NCBI RefSeq assembly: GCF_964204645.1 | Contig: NC_134030.1 | Coordinates: forward strand, 124,001-188,000 | Origin: Tubulanus polymorphus | Taxonomy: Eukaryota; Animalia; Nemertea | Length of the DNA: 64,000 nt | Direction of reading: 5' to 3' | In this document: one piece after another, positions 24,624 through 35,402 of the stretch | Layout: the number at the start of each line of letters is the position of its first letter | How positions within the stretch are numbered: the stretch's first letter is position 1 | Position numbers and translations under genes: made by a program | The notes under the pieces: model-generated | The model's input: the letters and a program-made list of their open reading frames with translations, nothing else | The model's database searches: none | Told to the model about the DNA's origin: nothing

Positions 24624-27266
24624 GATCGATGACATGAGGGATCAGTTACACAGTCGTGGCTCTTGGATTACAGACGACCAGTTTAAGACCATCTTAGTTC
24701 TGTTGTACAAATTTAACAACTTCAGATCAAAATCAAGATTCAAAAATATTTTTGGACTTAATAAGACTGTGAAACTGGGACCTGGGTCACTGGAACCAAT
24801 TAGATGTTCCAAGGTTATTTTTGAACCGATTTAACAATGAATTTCTCTTTGTCTTCGGAAATTAATAATGTAACAAATCAACATTGAGAAGAGACTTGTT
24901 TTTGAAATTGTTCTATAATCAAAATGGCAGCAATGAGCTCCATATATTCGACAGATACTAATGTAATTTAACTGTGCATCGTGTTCAATATAATGTTTAT
25001 AACTGTATCATTATGTTTTGCCGTCGGTTTCTTGAACAGCTAAATGTATAAAAACACAAAACACTTCGTATTAGATAAATAGTGAATCTGTTTACAGTAA
25101 CTCACAGACTTTGGTGGCTGAGTTCATTTTATTTGCACTTTCTTTCCAAAAGCTTTTCATTGACTTCTATTGAAGGTTTCTGTCAAAATCAGACAAGTGA
25201 CCTGTGTCTTACTGTAATTTTTCTTTTCTCTTGAAGTATGTTTTCATGTATGATATCAATAATCATTTTCAAACATTTCTGTATTAGTGATTATAACAAT
25301 AGTTATAGTTAGTTATGTGTTCAGAGTTTCTATCGATCCAAGGAAATTCATCACATGTTCCCAGGTTTACCACTCCGCACAACTATAGCCTCACATCTCC
25401 CCTTAGCTCCCACACGGATTCGAAACCTGGAAACATTGCTGATGCTGTTTGTAGTCTGAATTAACCGTACCACAAACAGATGTAGCCCTTAGAGTTCAGG
25501 CCTAAACCATGAGGTTAAATGAATTCGAGCTGGCTTTCCGCTTGGTGAACTAGAGGAACCTAAACGTAACTGGTTGTCAGACCTTTGAGGTAGAATAACC
25601 CAGACTGGATGACTGGTTCAATAGGTGGTAGTGGCGATCGTGGAGATGGTGGATGAGAAGGTGGAAATAGTGGATAGGGGGATGAGATGGTGGATAGGGG
25701 GATGAGATGGTGGATAGGGGGATGAGATGGTGGATATAGGGATGAGAAAGTGGATATGACGGTGATTGAATTGTCAGTCATAAGGGTGGTGGAGATGGCA
25801 GGGGTGATGATGATGCAGGGGAAGATGGTGGTGATGATGATACCACTCCACACAACTATGTGGAGCCTATGGTGATGATGATAACAATGGTGATGCTGAT
25901 GAATCTGGTAGGGATGGGACGGGGTAGAGCATGGTTATGACAGCTATGCTGGAGATGGCGGAGATGAGGCAGATGGTGATGATGGTAGTGATGGTGATGC
26001 TGACGGTCGTCCAGTCAACTAGTTGACCGGTCATCCGACCAGTCGACCAGTTGTCCAATCGTCCGACCAGTCGTCCGACCAGTATACCATGTAACATGTA
26101 CAGTCTTCGAATCACTTCAAAATAAAGAACCGAATCACAACCAACGCATGTAATATGTTCCTACACCCTGCACTATAAACCCGTATTCTAAAATTGGGCC
26201 CAGAATTTAAGTGTTACATTAATTTGCAACTTAAACTTAGTTCGTTTTCCTATGAATTAACTATAGTCGAGTCTTACAATCACAACTGTGCAACTGGGAT
26301 TTGACTCTTGAGTCAACTTCAACTAAAACCCGTCGAATTCTGGATCATGATGATACAAGTTAATCGCAGTTTCGGTTTCGATTTCAATTTTTCCATTTTA
26401 CCCTGACCAACCAATGCCTGACTGGAGAAAGGAGAAAAGAAAGAGAGGGGGGCATAGTGAGAGAGAGAGAGAAGGGAGGAGAGAGGGAGAGAAGGAGAAG
26501 GGAGGGGAGAGGGTAGGAGAGAGGGAGAAGGGAGGGGAGAGGGAGAGAATTTTCTTTGAAGTTTTGAATTGTCTCTATCATCTCACTATTATCATCGAAT
26601 GATATGAATTAGACAGTTTTCAAATAGATAATAGACAGCAGACAGACAGAGACAGCAAAGCTGTTTTTGTGTGCGAAAAACGTTGCGTCATTTGATTTTA
26701 ATAAAAATAAATTTCCTTTTTAAACATTTTAATGAGCATTTTATACATTTGCATATAGGTCGTTCACAATCAACTCGACATTCACTACTTGTTTTCATTG
26801 ACTTGAATCTGAAACTCGGTGCGCAGTGGTACCATGACGACACGTATGACGCAAGCACAACTACAGGCATAACGTGTTAAATCGTCTCTCCACAAAAACA
26901 TAGTCAGATAAAGTTTCATTAGTTAAAAGAAGGTAAGTAAAAGAATCACCACCTGATTATACACTGCGCAAGACATACCACCTGATTCATAGCTTTGCAA
27001 TTGCTTCTTTCGCTTTCGTTAATTTTGTATGAGTTTACAATATACACAGGTCTGGATCCAGCGATTTGGAATGGGGGGGGGGGGTGGACAAAACCTCCCA
27101 GCCCCCAAAAATTGTAGCTTCAAAATATTCATATAAAACACAGGCCAGGCATTGGTTTTCCTAGTGTGAGCAACTTGTTTAAGCCTAGCTGGTCGATACT
27201 ATAAGTATTTTCACTTAGTGACTCCAGTAACTCACACCAGGTGTCTCTCTATTTTCAGAGTAAATC

Positions 27267-28730
27267 ATGGCGCTTCAAAAGTCGATGAAGAATATTGAGA
27301 CGCACAAGAAAATGTTAACTGATCTTGTCGCTAATATCAGTAACACAACACAGGAGAGGATGGCTGAACTACTGAGTGTAGAACAAGATATTAAACTATC
27401 TGTGGACAACATGAAAATACAACTAGATGTTTGGTATGAAGAGTACAAGTCAAAGATTGATATCAGGCGACAGGAATTACAGGGAATCTCGAAGGATGCG
27501 CTGAAGAAGGTGACGAAATGTTTGAACAAGTTGACGATGTTTGAGTCGTCGCTGGAACAAGGTAAAATAGATGTAGAGGATATAGAAGAGTTCACTAATG
27601 ATCATATAAAGTTCGCTGTTGGTGATGTTGACGCATTGGTTGAAGCAACTCAAGTTGAAAATGTGAATATTTGTTTCAAGCCTAATGAAGTAGCACTTTC
27701 AAAATCAGTTGTTCTGGGAGAGTTGGATGAAGGCACAACTACTCGACAGGGAGCTGTGGGAGGGGTCGGAAGTGAGGCCGTAGCTGCGATAGAAGATCGT
27801 CCGAATAAAACCTTCGAAATTACTGAATTCAGGGGAAATGAAATTTCCAATAACAATGGTTTTATAACAGCCTTGCCGGATGGTAACATAATGCTTGATA
27901 GAGATACAATTGTGGATGAACGACTTGTTGAAATTGATACTGATTCAATATTTGTAAACATGTCGAATCTTTCTGTAGTAAGACTGGATTATGAAACTGA
28001 TTTGTTGTATGCGTTCTGCAAAGATACGGATAAGATAAGCGTCCACCGGTTTAGCTTAGTAACAACAGCAGCAGGAGCAGCAGCAGCAGCAGCAGCAGCC
28101 GGGCAACAGGTTTACAAGTGTACCGGGTTTGTCCCAACATTGCCTGGGATCATCAGCATTAATGCTTGTTTCATTACAAACAACCAGTTATACATTGGCA
28201 GCGAGAATGTACTTACGTATTTCAAAATCAAACCGGTCACCGCAGGAGCAGATACCAATACCAGGTTTATTGATAAACAATCAAAGATGGCGCTTACCGT
28301 TGATAGTACGATCAGAGATATCATAACAACACTGAACGCAGAAATTATTCTTGTCTGTTATATACGACATGACGATGGCAGCAGGGAAGAAGCAGTTCTG
28401 TATCATGTTACACAAGATGCTGCCCAACTTATTGTAAAACATAGAACGAACCTTTGCAAAAAGGGAACATATTCATTGGTCAGTCTGTTTTGTCCGACAA
28501 GTTCCTACATTATTGTGTTTATTTCTTTCGACAACAGTAAGACACTGGTTTATCAGATAAGAGTTAATACTGATGGTAGTTTATCGCATCCAAGTCCTAT
28601 CGGCGAAATCAACTTGTCAACATATCGAATTTGTCGTTTGAAATCCGACCCCAACACAATTTGTGCAATTGATTATCTTAATAGTTATATGGCGTCGTAT
28701 CGGGTCACAGAATCTGGAGGATTAGAATGA
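27267..28730 (+). CDS. TRIM-like coiled-coil + putative beta-propeller protein, copy 2 (487 aa)
   Basis: Intact ORF, ~93% identical to copy 1 by hand count, with a poly-Ala insertion. Confidence 0.7.
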   Translation: MALQKSMKNIETHKKMLTDLVANISNTTQERMAELLSVEQDIKLSVDNMKIQLDVWYEEYKSKIDIRRQELQGISKDALKKVTKCLNKLTMFESSLEQGKIDVEDIEEFTNDHIKFAVGDVDALVEATQVENVNICFKPNEVALSKSVVLGELDEGTTTRQGAVGGVGSEAVAAIEDRPNKTFEITEFRGNEISNNNGFITALPDGNIMLDRDTIVDERLVEIDTDSIFVNMSNLSVVRLDYETDLLYAFCKDTDKISVHRFSLVTTAAGAAAAAAAAGQQVYKCTGFVPTLPGIISINACFITNNQLYIGSENVLTYFKIKPVTAGADTNTRFIDKQSKMALTVDSTIRDIITTLNAEIILVCYIRHDDGSREEAVLYHVTQDAAQLIVKHRTNLCKKGTYSLVSLFCPTSSYIIVFISFDNSKTLVYQIRVNTDGSLSHPSPIGEINLSTYRICRLKSDPNTICAIDYLNSYMASYRVTESGGLE

Positions 28731-29531
28731 ATACAATGAGACACGAGTAGTACTATCTAGGTTTAACTAGTATATCTGACACACGAGAGATTTCGTTACT
28801 ATTGTAGTTTCATCACTCACCTAATAGTAGTTGTAAATATACGTATCTAGATCAAAGGTCGAAAAACTAGTAAAAAAACTAGTCACACCTATAAAGTACT
28901 ATCCGTCTCTTCTATCCTACACCCGGTTTACACCAGGCTACTTTAAGAATGTGTTAGGTGTAACACGATATTTTGTTCAGTCTCTCGATATCCAAAACAA
29001 GCCGGACCCAATCGCTATAACGTGGTAGAAATCTGGTATAAACATGCCTGACTTTCCAAAGAGGACTTAAATAAAGTTGTAGTAAGCAAAAGTGATGTAA
29101 AATAAATAAATAAAAAGTTATTAGTAATATGATGAATAACAGACTCCCTGGGACCAGTTTCACAGTCGGGGCTCCAGTCCAGTCCTAACACCAGCTCAGT
29201 TCTGTAGATAATCTAACAACTTGAGACCAATCCTCAAGATTCAAGATCGCTTTCGGACTCAACTGAAGACTGTGAAACTGAGACCTCCCGGATCACTATA
29301 ATCAATGGAATCAATTAAATGTTGTCAAGCTTATGTCTGTTCTGATATCGAGAATTCTTTGAATCAGGTTCAGAGGAATCCGCGATAAGGACATAACAAA
29401 TCATTGTAAGACGTTTAGTAACTTATAACTAATATTTCTTTATAATCTAAATGGCAGCGATGAAGCGCCATGTCCTCAATATATAAGTACTAATGTAATC
29501 TAACTGTATATTAGACCAAACAATCCTGGAT

Positions 29532-29963
29532 ATGTCAAAAATGATAAATATCCTTCGAAATACATTTCCCAGCGCTCAAATTAATGTATCTAGTATACTA
29601 CCGCGTAAAGGAAAAAGTAAGACCGCGCTAACCTACAATGACACTTCCTCAAAGATCAATAACTATCTTCGAAAGCTATGTGACAGTGAAAATCATTTGA
29701 ACTATATAGACAATGATTTGGTATTCCAACCAAATTTTTCAGTTAACCAGTCGTTATTTGATTCAACTGATAGGTCAGGAATCCATATTGGAATCGATGG
29801 TGCCAAAGAACTTACACAAGTCTTTCTTCGTGCATTAACACCGGATCAGAATAAAAAACGAACCAGAAGTCAGACATCATCATCCGATATTAGCCCAACT
29901 GTTCACATGGCCAAAAAGGACAGAATTTCAGTCCCGGATGATTTACCGATAACATCAGTCTAA
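29532..29963 (+). CDS. LINE ORF1 C-terminal fragment, SGNH esterase-like
   Basis: INVSSILPR, YIDND and DRSGIHIGIDGAKEL resemble SGNH/GDSL blocks including the DxxH-type block, as found in CR1/L2 ORF1 proteins. Confidence 0.75.
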   Translation: MSKMINILRNTFPSAQINVSSILPRKGKSKTALTYNDTSSKINNYLRKLCDSENHLNYIDNDLVFQPNFSVNQSLFDSTDRSGIHIGIDGAKELTQVFLRALTPDQNKKRTRSQTSSSDISPTVHMAKKDRISVPDDLPITSV

Positions 29964-29979
29964 TAATGCTACCTATTAA

Positions 29980-32913
29980 CGAGTATTATCTACCCTATAC
30001 TTATTCATCATCGACATCTTTAATAATAACAAATGTCAATACTTTGATGTAAACTCTACTGTAGAGTTTGAAAAGCAACATTTTTCAATCTGTGCTTTAA
30101 ACATTCGTAGTTGTAACAGAAATTTTGATACATTTTCATATTTTTTGAGCAATTTAAAAACTGACTTTTCTATTTTCGGGTTAACCGAAACCTGGACTAG
30201 CGAACTTCATGATAATGGCAGGCTGTATAATCTCCCAGGTATGAAAAGTGTTTTTAAGTGTAGAAAAAATTGTCAGGGAGGAGGTTTGGCCCTATTTTTC
30301 AAAGAAAGTTTTAATGTGAAACTTAGACCAGATCTATCCGAGGATAGAAATACTTTTGAATGTCTATTTATTGAATTGATTCTTGAAAAAGAAAAAAATA
30401 AATTAATTGGTCTGATCTATCGACCACCCGGACAAAGCATAAATGGCTTTAATAATGAATTAATTCCACTTTTAGTGAAACTTAATAGAGAAGACAAAGT
30501 ATGCTATCTTATGGGCGATTTCAATATCGATTTACTACAAGTTAACGCCCACAGACCAACTGATAACTATTTAGAAAATATGACTTCATTTGGGTTCATT
30601 CCATTAGTTGATAAACCCACAAGAATCACTCCCACATCCTCGACGCTTATAGATAATATTTTTTGTAACGATATTCGCCATGTGTTTAGTACGGGTATTA
30701 TTTGTACCGATATTTCGGATCATTTTCCTATTTTTACTGTCTGTAATCACCTTGAGCCCAAAATTGACCGAGAGGTGACTTCGAACAGAAACTATTGTGA
30801 ACGTAACATTTCAAAATTCAATAGAGCTCTTCTGGCCACTGATTGGTCGGATATCTATAGTAATGCAGACCCGCAACTCTCATACAGCGCATTTAACACT
30901 AAATTCATGGAATTATATAATGAATGTTTTCCTTTTTCAACTCCCCGTAAAATAAACGAAAATAAATTACATAAACCGTGGTTATCATCTGGATTATTGA
31001 AATGTATTAAACACAAAAATCGCTTGTACAGAAAATCTTTGCGTAATAGATCACATTTGAAAAATTATTTGAATTACAAACGTACCTTGTCTCGTACACT
31101 CAAATATGCCGAGAAAAAGTATTATGAGACTAAATTACTTGCAGCCAAATCCGACATGAAAAAATCATGGAATATCTTAAACAGTCTAATTGGAAAATCT
31201 TCCAATGATCGGTGTAGATTACCTTGCTCTTTCAAAAGGAACGGTATCGTTGTAAACGGCTATGAAAATATCGCTAATGAATTTAATTCTTTCTTTGTAA
31301 ATATTGGTAGCAACCTAGCCAATCAAATACCAGATACAGGTGTCCACTTCAGTGAATATCTGACAGATCCAGTAAATGAAAACTTTTTCTTTTTCCCGAC
31401 CCACCCTGATGAAATCAGTCAGATTGTAAATGATTTCTCACCCAGCAAAGGCGCTGGTGCTGATGGTTTCTCTGTAAAAGTAGTTAAGAAAATAATTGAT
31501 TCTGTAAAATACCCGCTAACTCATATATTTAACTGTAGCTTAAATTCCGGTATAGTGCCGGCTGAACTGAAGGTAGCGCGAATACGTCCACTCTATAAAG
31601 CTGGCAATAATGACTATTTTGATAATTACAGACCGATATCCGTACTGCCTTGCTTTTCTAAAATTCTCGAAAAGATAGTGTATAATCGATTAACCGAATA
31701 TTGTAACAAGTTTCATATCATTCAACCAAACCAGTTCGGCTTTCGAAAGAACCATTCAACTGCCATGGCCTTAACATTGATAACTGATGAAATTTCACAA
31801 AATTTAGAAGAAAACAAATCAACTATTGGGGTATTCTTAGATTTATCAAAAGCCTTTGACACCGTTGATCACGAAATCTTATTAAGAAAATTATGTTTTT
31901 ATGGAATAAGAGGCATCTCTAACAACTGGTTTGAAAACTATTTGAAGAATAGAAAACAATTTGTTCAAATTCAAAATTATAAATCCTCGTTATGTACCGT
32001 TAAAACTGGAGTACCCCAAGGCTCAATTTTAGGTCCCTTGCTTTTTTTATTATATGTAAACGACTGTATTAAATTTTCTAATGTGTTAAAACTTATATTG
32101 TTTGCCGATGACACAAATGCCTTTTATAGTGACATTAATTTAGACAGATTAGTACGTACAGTAAACATTGAATTATCAAAATTGTATACCTGGTTTCAAA
32201 CAAACAAGCTGTCATTAAATGTAAAGAAGACGTCATTTATGGTGTTCGGTAAACTATTGAAACATAACTTGAGAATATCAATTAACAATATAGAGATCAA
32301 ACAAGTCAATGTCACAAATTTTCTTGGAGTTTTTATTGACAGAAATTTAACCTGGGACGATCAAATAAAATCAGTTGAAAAAAAAGTTTCTCGAAGCATT
32401 GGTATAATAAATAGAGTAAGACATAAGCTGCCAGTGAGTTCTCTTCGTACCCTTTATTTGTCGCTTATTGATCCTTACCTCCAGTATTGTAACTTAGTTT
32501 GGGGACGAAATTTTGAAAATAAACTTCAGCCATTAATTGTATTGCAAAAAAGAGCTATCAGGCTAATTTCTAATTCCTATTATTTGGCGCACACTGACCC
32601 TATATTCAAAGCTTTTAATATCCTCAAGCTCAAAGATATCAATAAACTTCAGCTAGGTACTTTTATCTACAGATCTGTCCACTCCGAATTACCGAAATCA
32701 TTCGAAAATTATTGGAACCAAAATTTTCAAATCCACAGTCACAATACTCGGCGACGTCAAGATTTACAAACACTTTCTTTCAATAGTCTAAGAAGAAAAT
32801 TTTCAGTAAAAGTATCCGGCCCTTTACTTTGGAATAACATCAGTGAAAATCTAAAAAACATGGAAAATTCTAAACTGTTCCTAAGAAATTATAGAAAGCA
32901 ACTTTGTGCTTGA
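29980..32913 (+). CDS. LINE ORF2: APE endonuclease + reverse transcriptase
   Basis: Frame is open from 29980 (FSICALNIRS, GLTETW, IYRPP, MGDFNID, IDNIF, SDHFPIF); RT motifs NYRPISVLP, FLDLSKAFDTV, GVPQGSILGP, LFADDT. Confidence 0.97.
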   Translation, partial: RVLSTLYLFIIDIFNNNKCQYFDVNSTVEFEKQHFSICALNIRSCNRNFDTFSYFLSNLKTDFSIFGLTETWTSELHDNGRLYNLPGMKSVFKCRKNCQGGGLALFFKESFNVKLRPDLSEDRNTFECLFIELILEKEKNKLIGLIYRPPGQSINGFNNELIPLLVKLNREDKVCYLMGDFNIDLLQVNAHRPTDNYLENMTSFGFIPLVDKPTRITPTSSTLIDNIFCNDIRHVFSTGIICTDISDHFPIFTVCNHLEPKIDREVTSNRNYCERNISKFNRALLATDWSDIYSNADPQLSYSAFNTKFMELYNECFPFSTPRKINENKLHKPWLSSGLLKCIKHKNRLYRKSLRNRSHLKNYLNYKRTLSRTLKYAEKKYYETKLLAAKSDMKKSWNILNSLIGKSSNDRCRLPCSFKRNGIVVNGYENIANEFNSFFVNIGSNLANQIPDTGVHFSEYLTDPVNENFFFFPTHPDEISQIVNDFSPSKGAGADGFSVKVVKKIIDSVKYPLTHIFNCSLNSGIVPAELKVARIRPLYKAGNNDYFDNYRPISVLPCFSKILEKIVYNRLTEYCNKFHIIQPNQFGFRKNHSTAMALTLITDEISQNLEENKSTIGVFLDLSKAFDTVDHEILLRKLCFYGIRGISNNWFENYLKNRKQFVQIQNYKSSLCTVKTGVPQGSILGPLLFLLYVNDCIKFSNVLKLILFADDTNAFYSDINLDRLVRTVNIELSKLYTWFQTNKLSLNVKKTSFMVFGKLLKHNLRISINNIEIKQVNVTNFLGVFIDRNLTWDDQIKSVEKKVSRSIGIINRVRHKLPVSSLRTLYLSLIDPYLQYCNLVWGRNFENKLQPLIVLQKRAIRLISNSYYLAHTDPIFKAFNILKLKDINKLQLGTFIYRSVHSELPKSFENYWNQNFQIHSHNTRRRQDLQTLSFNSLRRKFSVKVSGPLLWNNISENLKNMENSKLFLRNYRKQLCA

Positions 32914-34173
32914 TTTTATCATACAGTTATTCGAACTAAAATTATTGTTTTTGGAATATTTCAGAAAATAACTGGCTTATTAAATGATTATATCTTAATC
33001 AAGCTGTTATCATAGTTTACTTTGATTGCATTTTGTGTGTTAAGGGTTGACTGTGAGCATATTATTTTCTTTATTGCATTTCTCTTTTTTTCTTTTCTCT
33101 TTTGAGGGACCTGTTTTATACAAACTATTCCTTAGTTTCTACAGGCCCCTCCAGGTCTAATTTACTGTATTTTGTATTATGCTTTGTACACTATGCTGTA
33201 AATTATATTTGAAAAATAAAGTGTTCAAATCAAAATCAATATATATGCAATTGTATCATATTCTGCCACCGGTTCTGTAAAAATCAGACACACGTGACCA
33301 GTATCGCACTATAGTTTTGCTTGTACCTATGATATTGATAATGAATATTATAAATTTATTAATCTGTATGAAAGTTATTGTTCAATGTTTCTATAAGGTC
33401 CAAGAAATTCATCATATATCGCCACAGTAGACGCTGTTTGGGAGCATGCGCACTGATTGAAAACAAAATGGCGGAAACTCTTCCTGCCCGGATTGACGGA
33501 ACCACAAAAACTGCAGCCCTAACCCGGAGCCCTTTCATGTGTAAACTATAGGGTAGAATAACCCTAATTTGAGGATACATCCGCGTGGCAACCGAGAGAG
33601 GAACCAATCTCGATCTCGGTATAATTCAGAGTTTATTGAGAAACAAAACCTACTGTTGATGATTACAACATTCATTGACTGATTGTTTCAGAGTTCAGAT
33701 TAAAAGTCACATTTATCAGAAAAGGGGAAATTACTCGATAAACTCTGATGAAATGAAACTGCAAATTTGATGTTTTCATCATCGACTGTTGGATTTCACC
33801 GAGCAACCAAAACAATGGAAATCTCGAATTAACCTCGATCTTCAACTCTTCAAGAAAGTTGATTAGTCTAAAATCACTAACAATACCAGGTGCGCAAAGT
33901 TTATAACACAAGAATTTGCTTAAAAAATTAAAAAAATTCTTTAAAAAAATGTAGACATAAAACTTGATATAAAACTAGTGAAACTATAAAAAAACGAATG
34001 AAGGAATTTTCAGCTATAATCGAAAGAAAGGGAAACGTTTGATTATGCTTATCTTTGTGAACTTAAAACTGATAACGACAAAGACAAGAACAGACTATAA
34101 ACACAATCACAGATCAAATACCTGTATGTAGAATCTAGCTGGTCATAGTGAAATATATATTATACCTGTGAGG

Positions 34174-35402
34174 ATGGATTTATATGTGCTGGCTGTTTGT
34201 TTGTTATTGGTGGTGTTACCACTAAAAACAGGTATGGAGGGATCACACATGACAGGTATGGAGGGGATCACACATGACAGGTATGGAGGGGGATCACACA
34301 TGGCAGGTATGGAGGGATCACACATGACAGGTATGGAGGGGGATCACACATGACAGGTATGTAGGGGGTCACACATGACAGGTATGGAGGGGGATCACAC
34401 ATGACAGGTATGGAGGGGGATCACACATGACAGGTATGTAGGGGGATCACACATGACAGGTATGGAGGGGATCACACATGACAGGTATGGAGGGGGATCA
34501 CACATGGCAGGTATGGAGGGATCACACATGACAGGTATGGAGGGGGATCACACATGACAGGTATGGAGGGGGATCACACATGGCAGGTATGTAGGGGGAT
34601 CACACATGACAGGTATGGAGGGGGATCACACATGACAGGTATGGAGGGGGATCACACAGTAGTTCATTTTCAATGTGAAGAATCAAGTTTAACCCAACAA
34701 TTGTAGAACTAGTTCCTGATGATACAAAACTTGATGAAGTTTCGATTTCAAATGTGTGTAGTTCTTTAGTTTTAAAGTAGTATCACATTTATTATACAAC
34801 TTACCCTCTCTAAACGACTGTTAACCATGAGCATAGATAGTCCTAGGTTGAGAATTAATGCCCTTATTGTCATAGTACCCTGGGTCATTGACTGTGTGGA
34901 ATCGAGACGAGAATGGAGAGAGAGAGAGTAGAGAGGGGGTACAGGGAGAGAGAAAGGGAGAGAGGGAGAAGGGAGGAGAGAGGGGAATTTTCTTTGAAGT
35001 TTTGAATTGTCTCTATCATTTCACCATTATCATGAATGATATGAATTAGACAGTTTTTAAATAGATAATAGACAGCAGACAGACAGCCTGAAAATAATCG
35101 ATAACATCCTCGAACGCTAACAAAGAGATGATCATTATATCATTATATATAGTTGTATAGAACGTATGTATTACGTCATATAACTATTCGAACAGTGGGC
35201 GACATTAGTGACTGATTCTTTTATTGTAGATCAGGTATCGACAGCAACTACTGCAGTCCAGCCTACTACAACTACCACAGTCCAGCCTACTACAACTACC
35301 ACAGTCCAGCCTACTACAACTACCACAGTCCAGCCTACTACAACTACCACAGTCCAGCCTACTACAACTACCACACTCCAGCCTACAAGTTATCATTTAT
35401 AG
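34174..35402 (+). CDS. Truncated mucin copy 2 (exons 34174-34231, 35230-35402), 76 aa
   Basis: Same structure as copy 1. Confidence 0.65.
34228..34657. repeat. ~26-bp splice-donor minisatellite, copy 2 (~17 units)
   Basis: Direct reading. Confidence 0.97.

Larger units (their letters stand above)
29512..33239 (+). mobile_element. 5'-truncated non-LTR retrotransposon (CR1/L2-group, Crack/Daphne-like)
   Basis: Absent from the equivalent site in units 1 and 3; TATAT target-site duplication; partial ORF1 plus EN-RT ORF2; AATAAA and short (AAATC)-type 3' tail. Confidence 0.95.
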
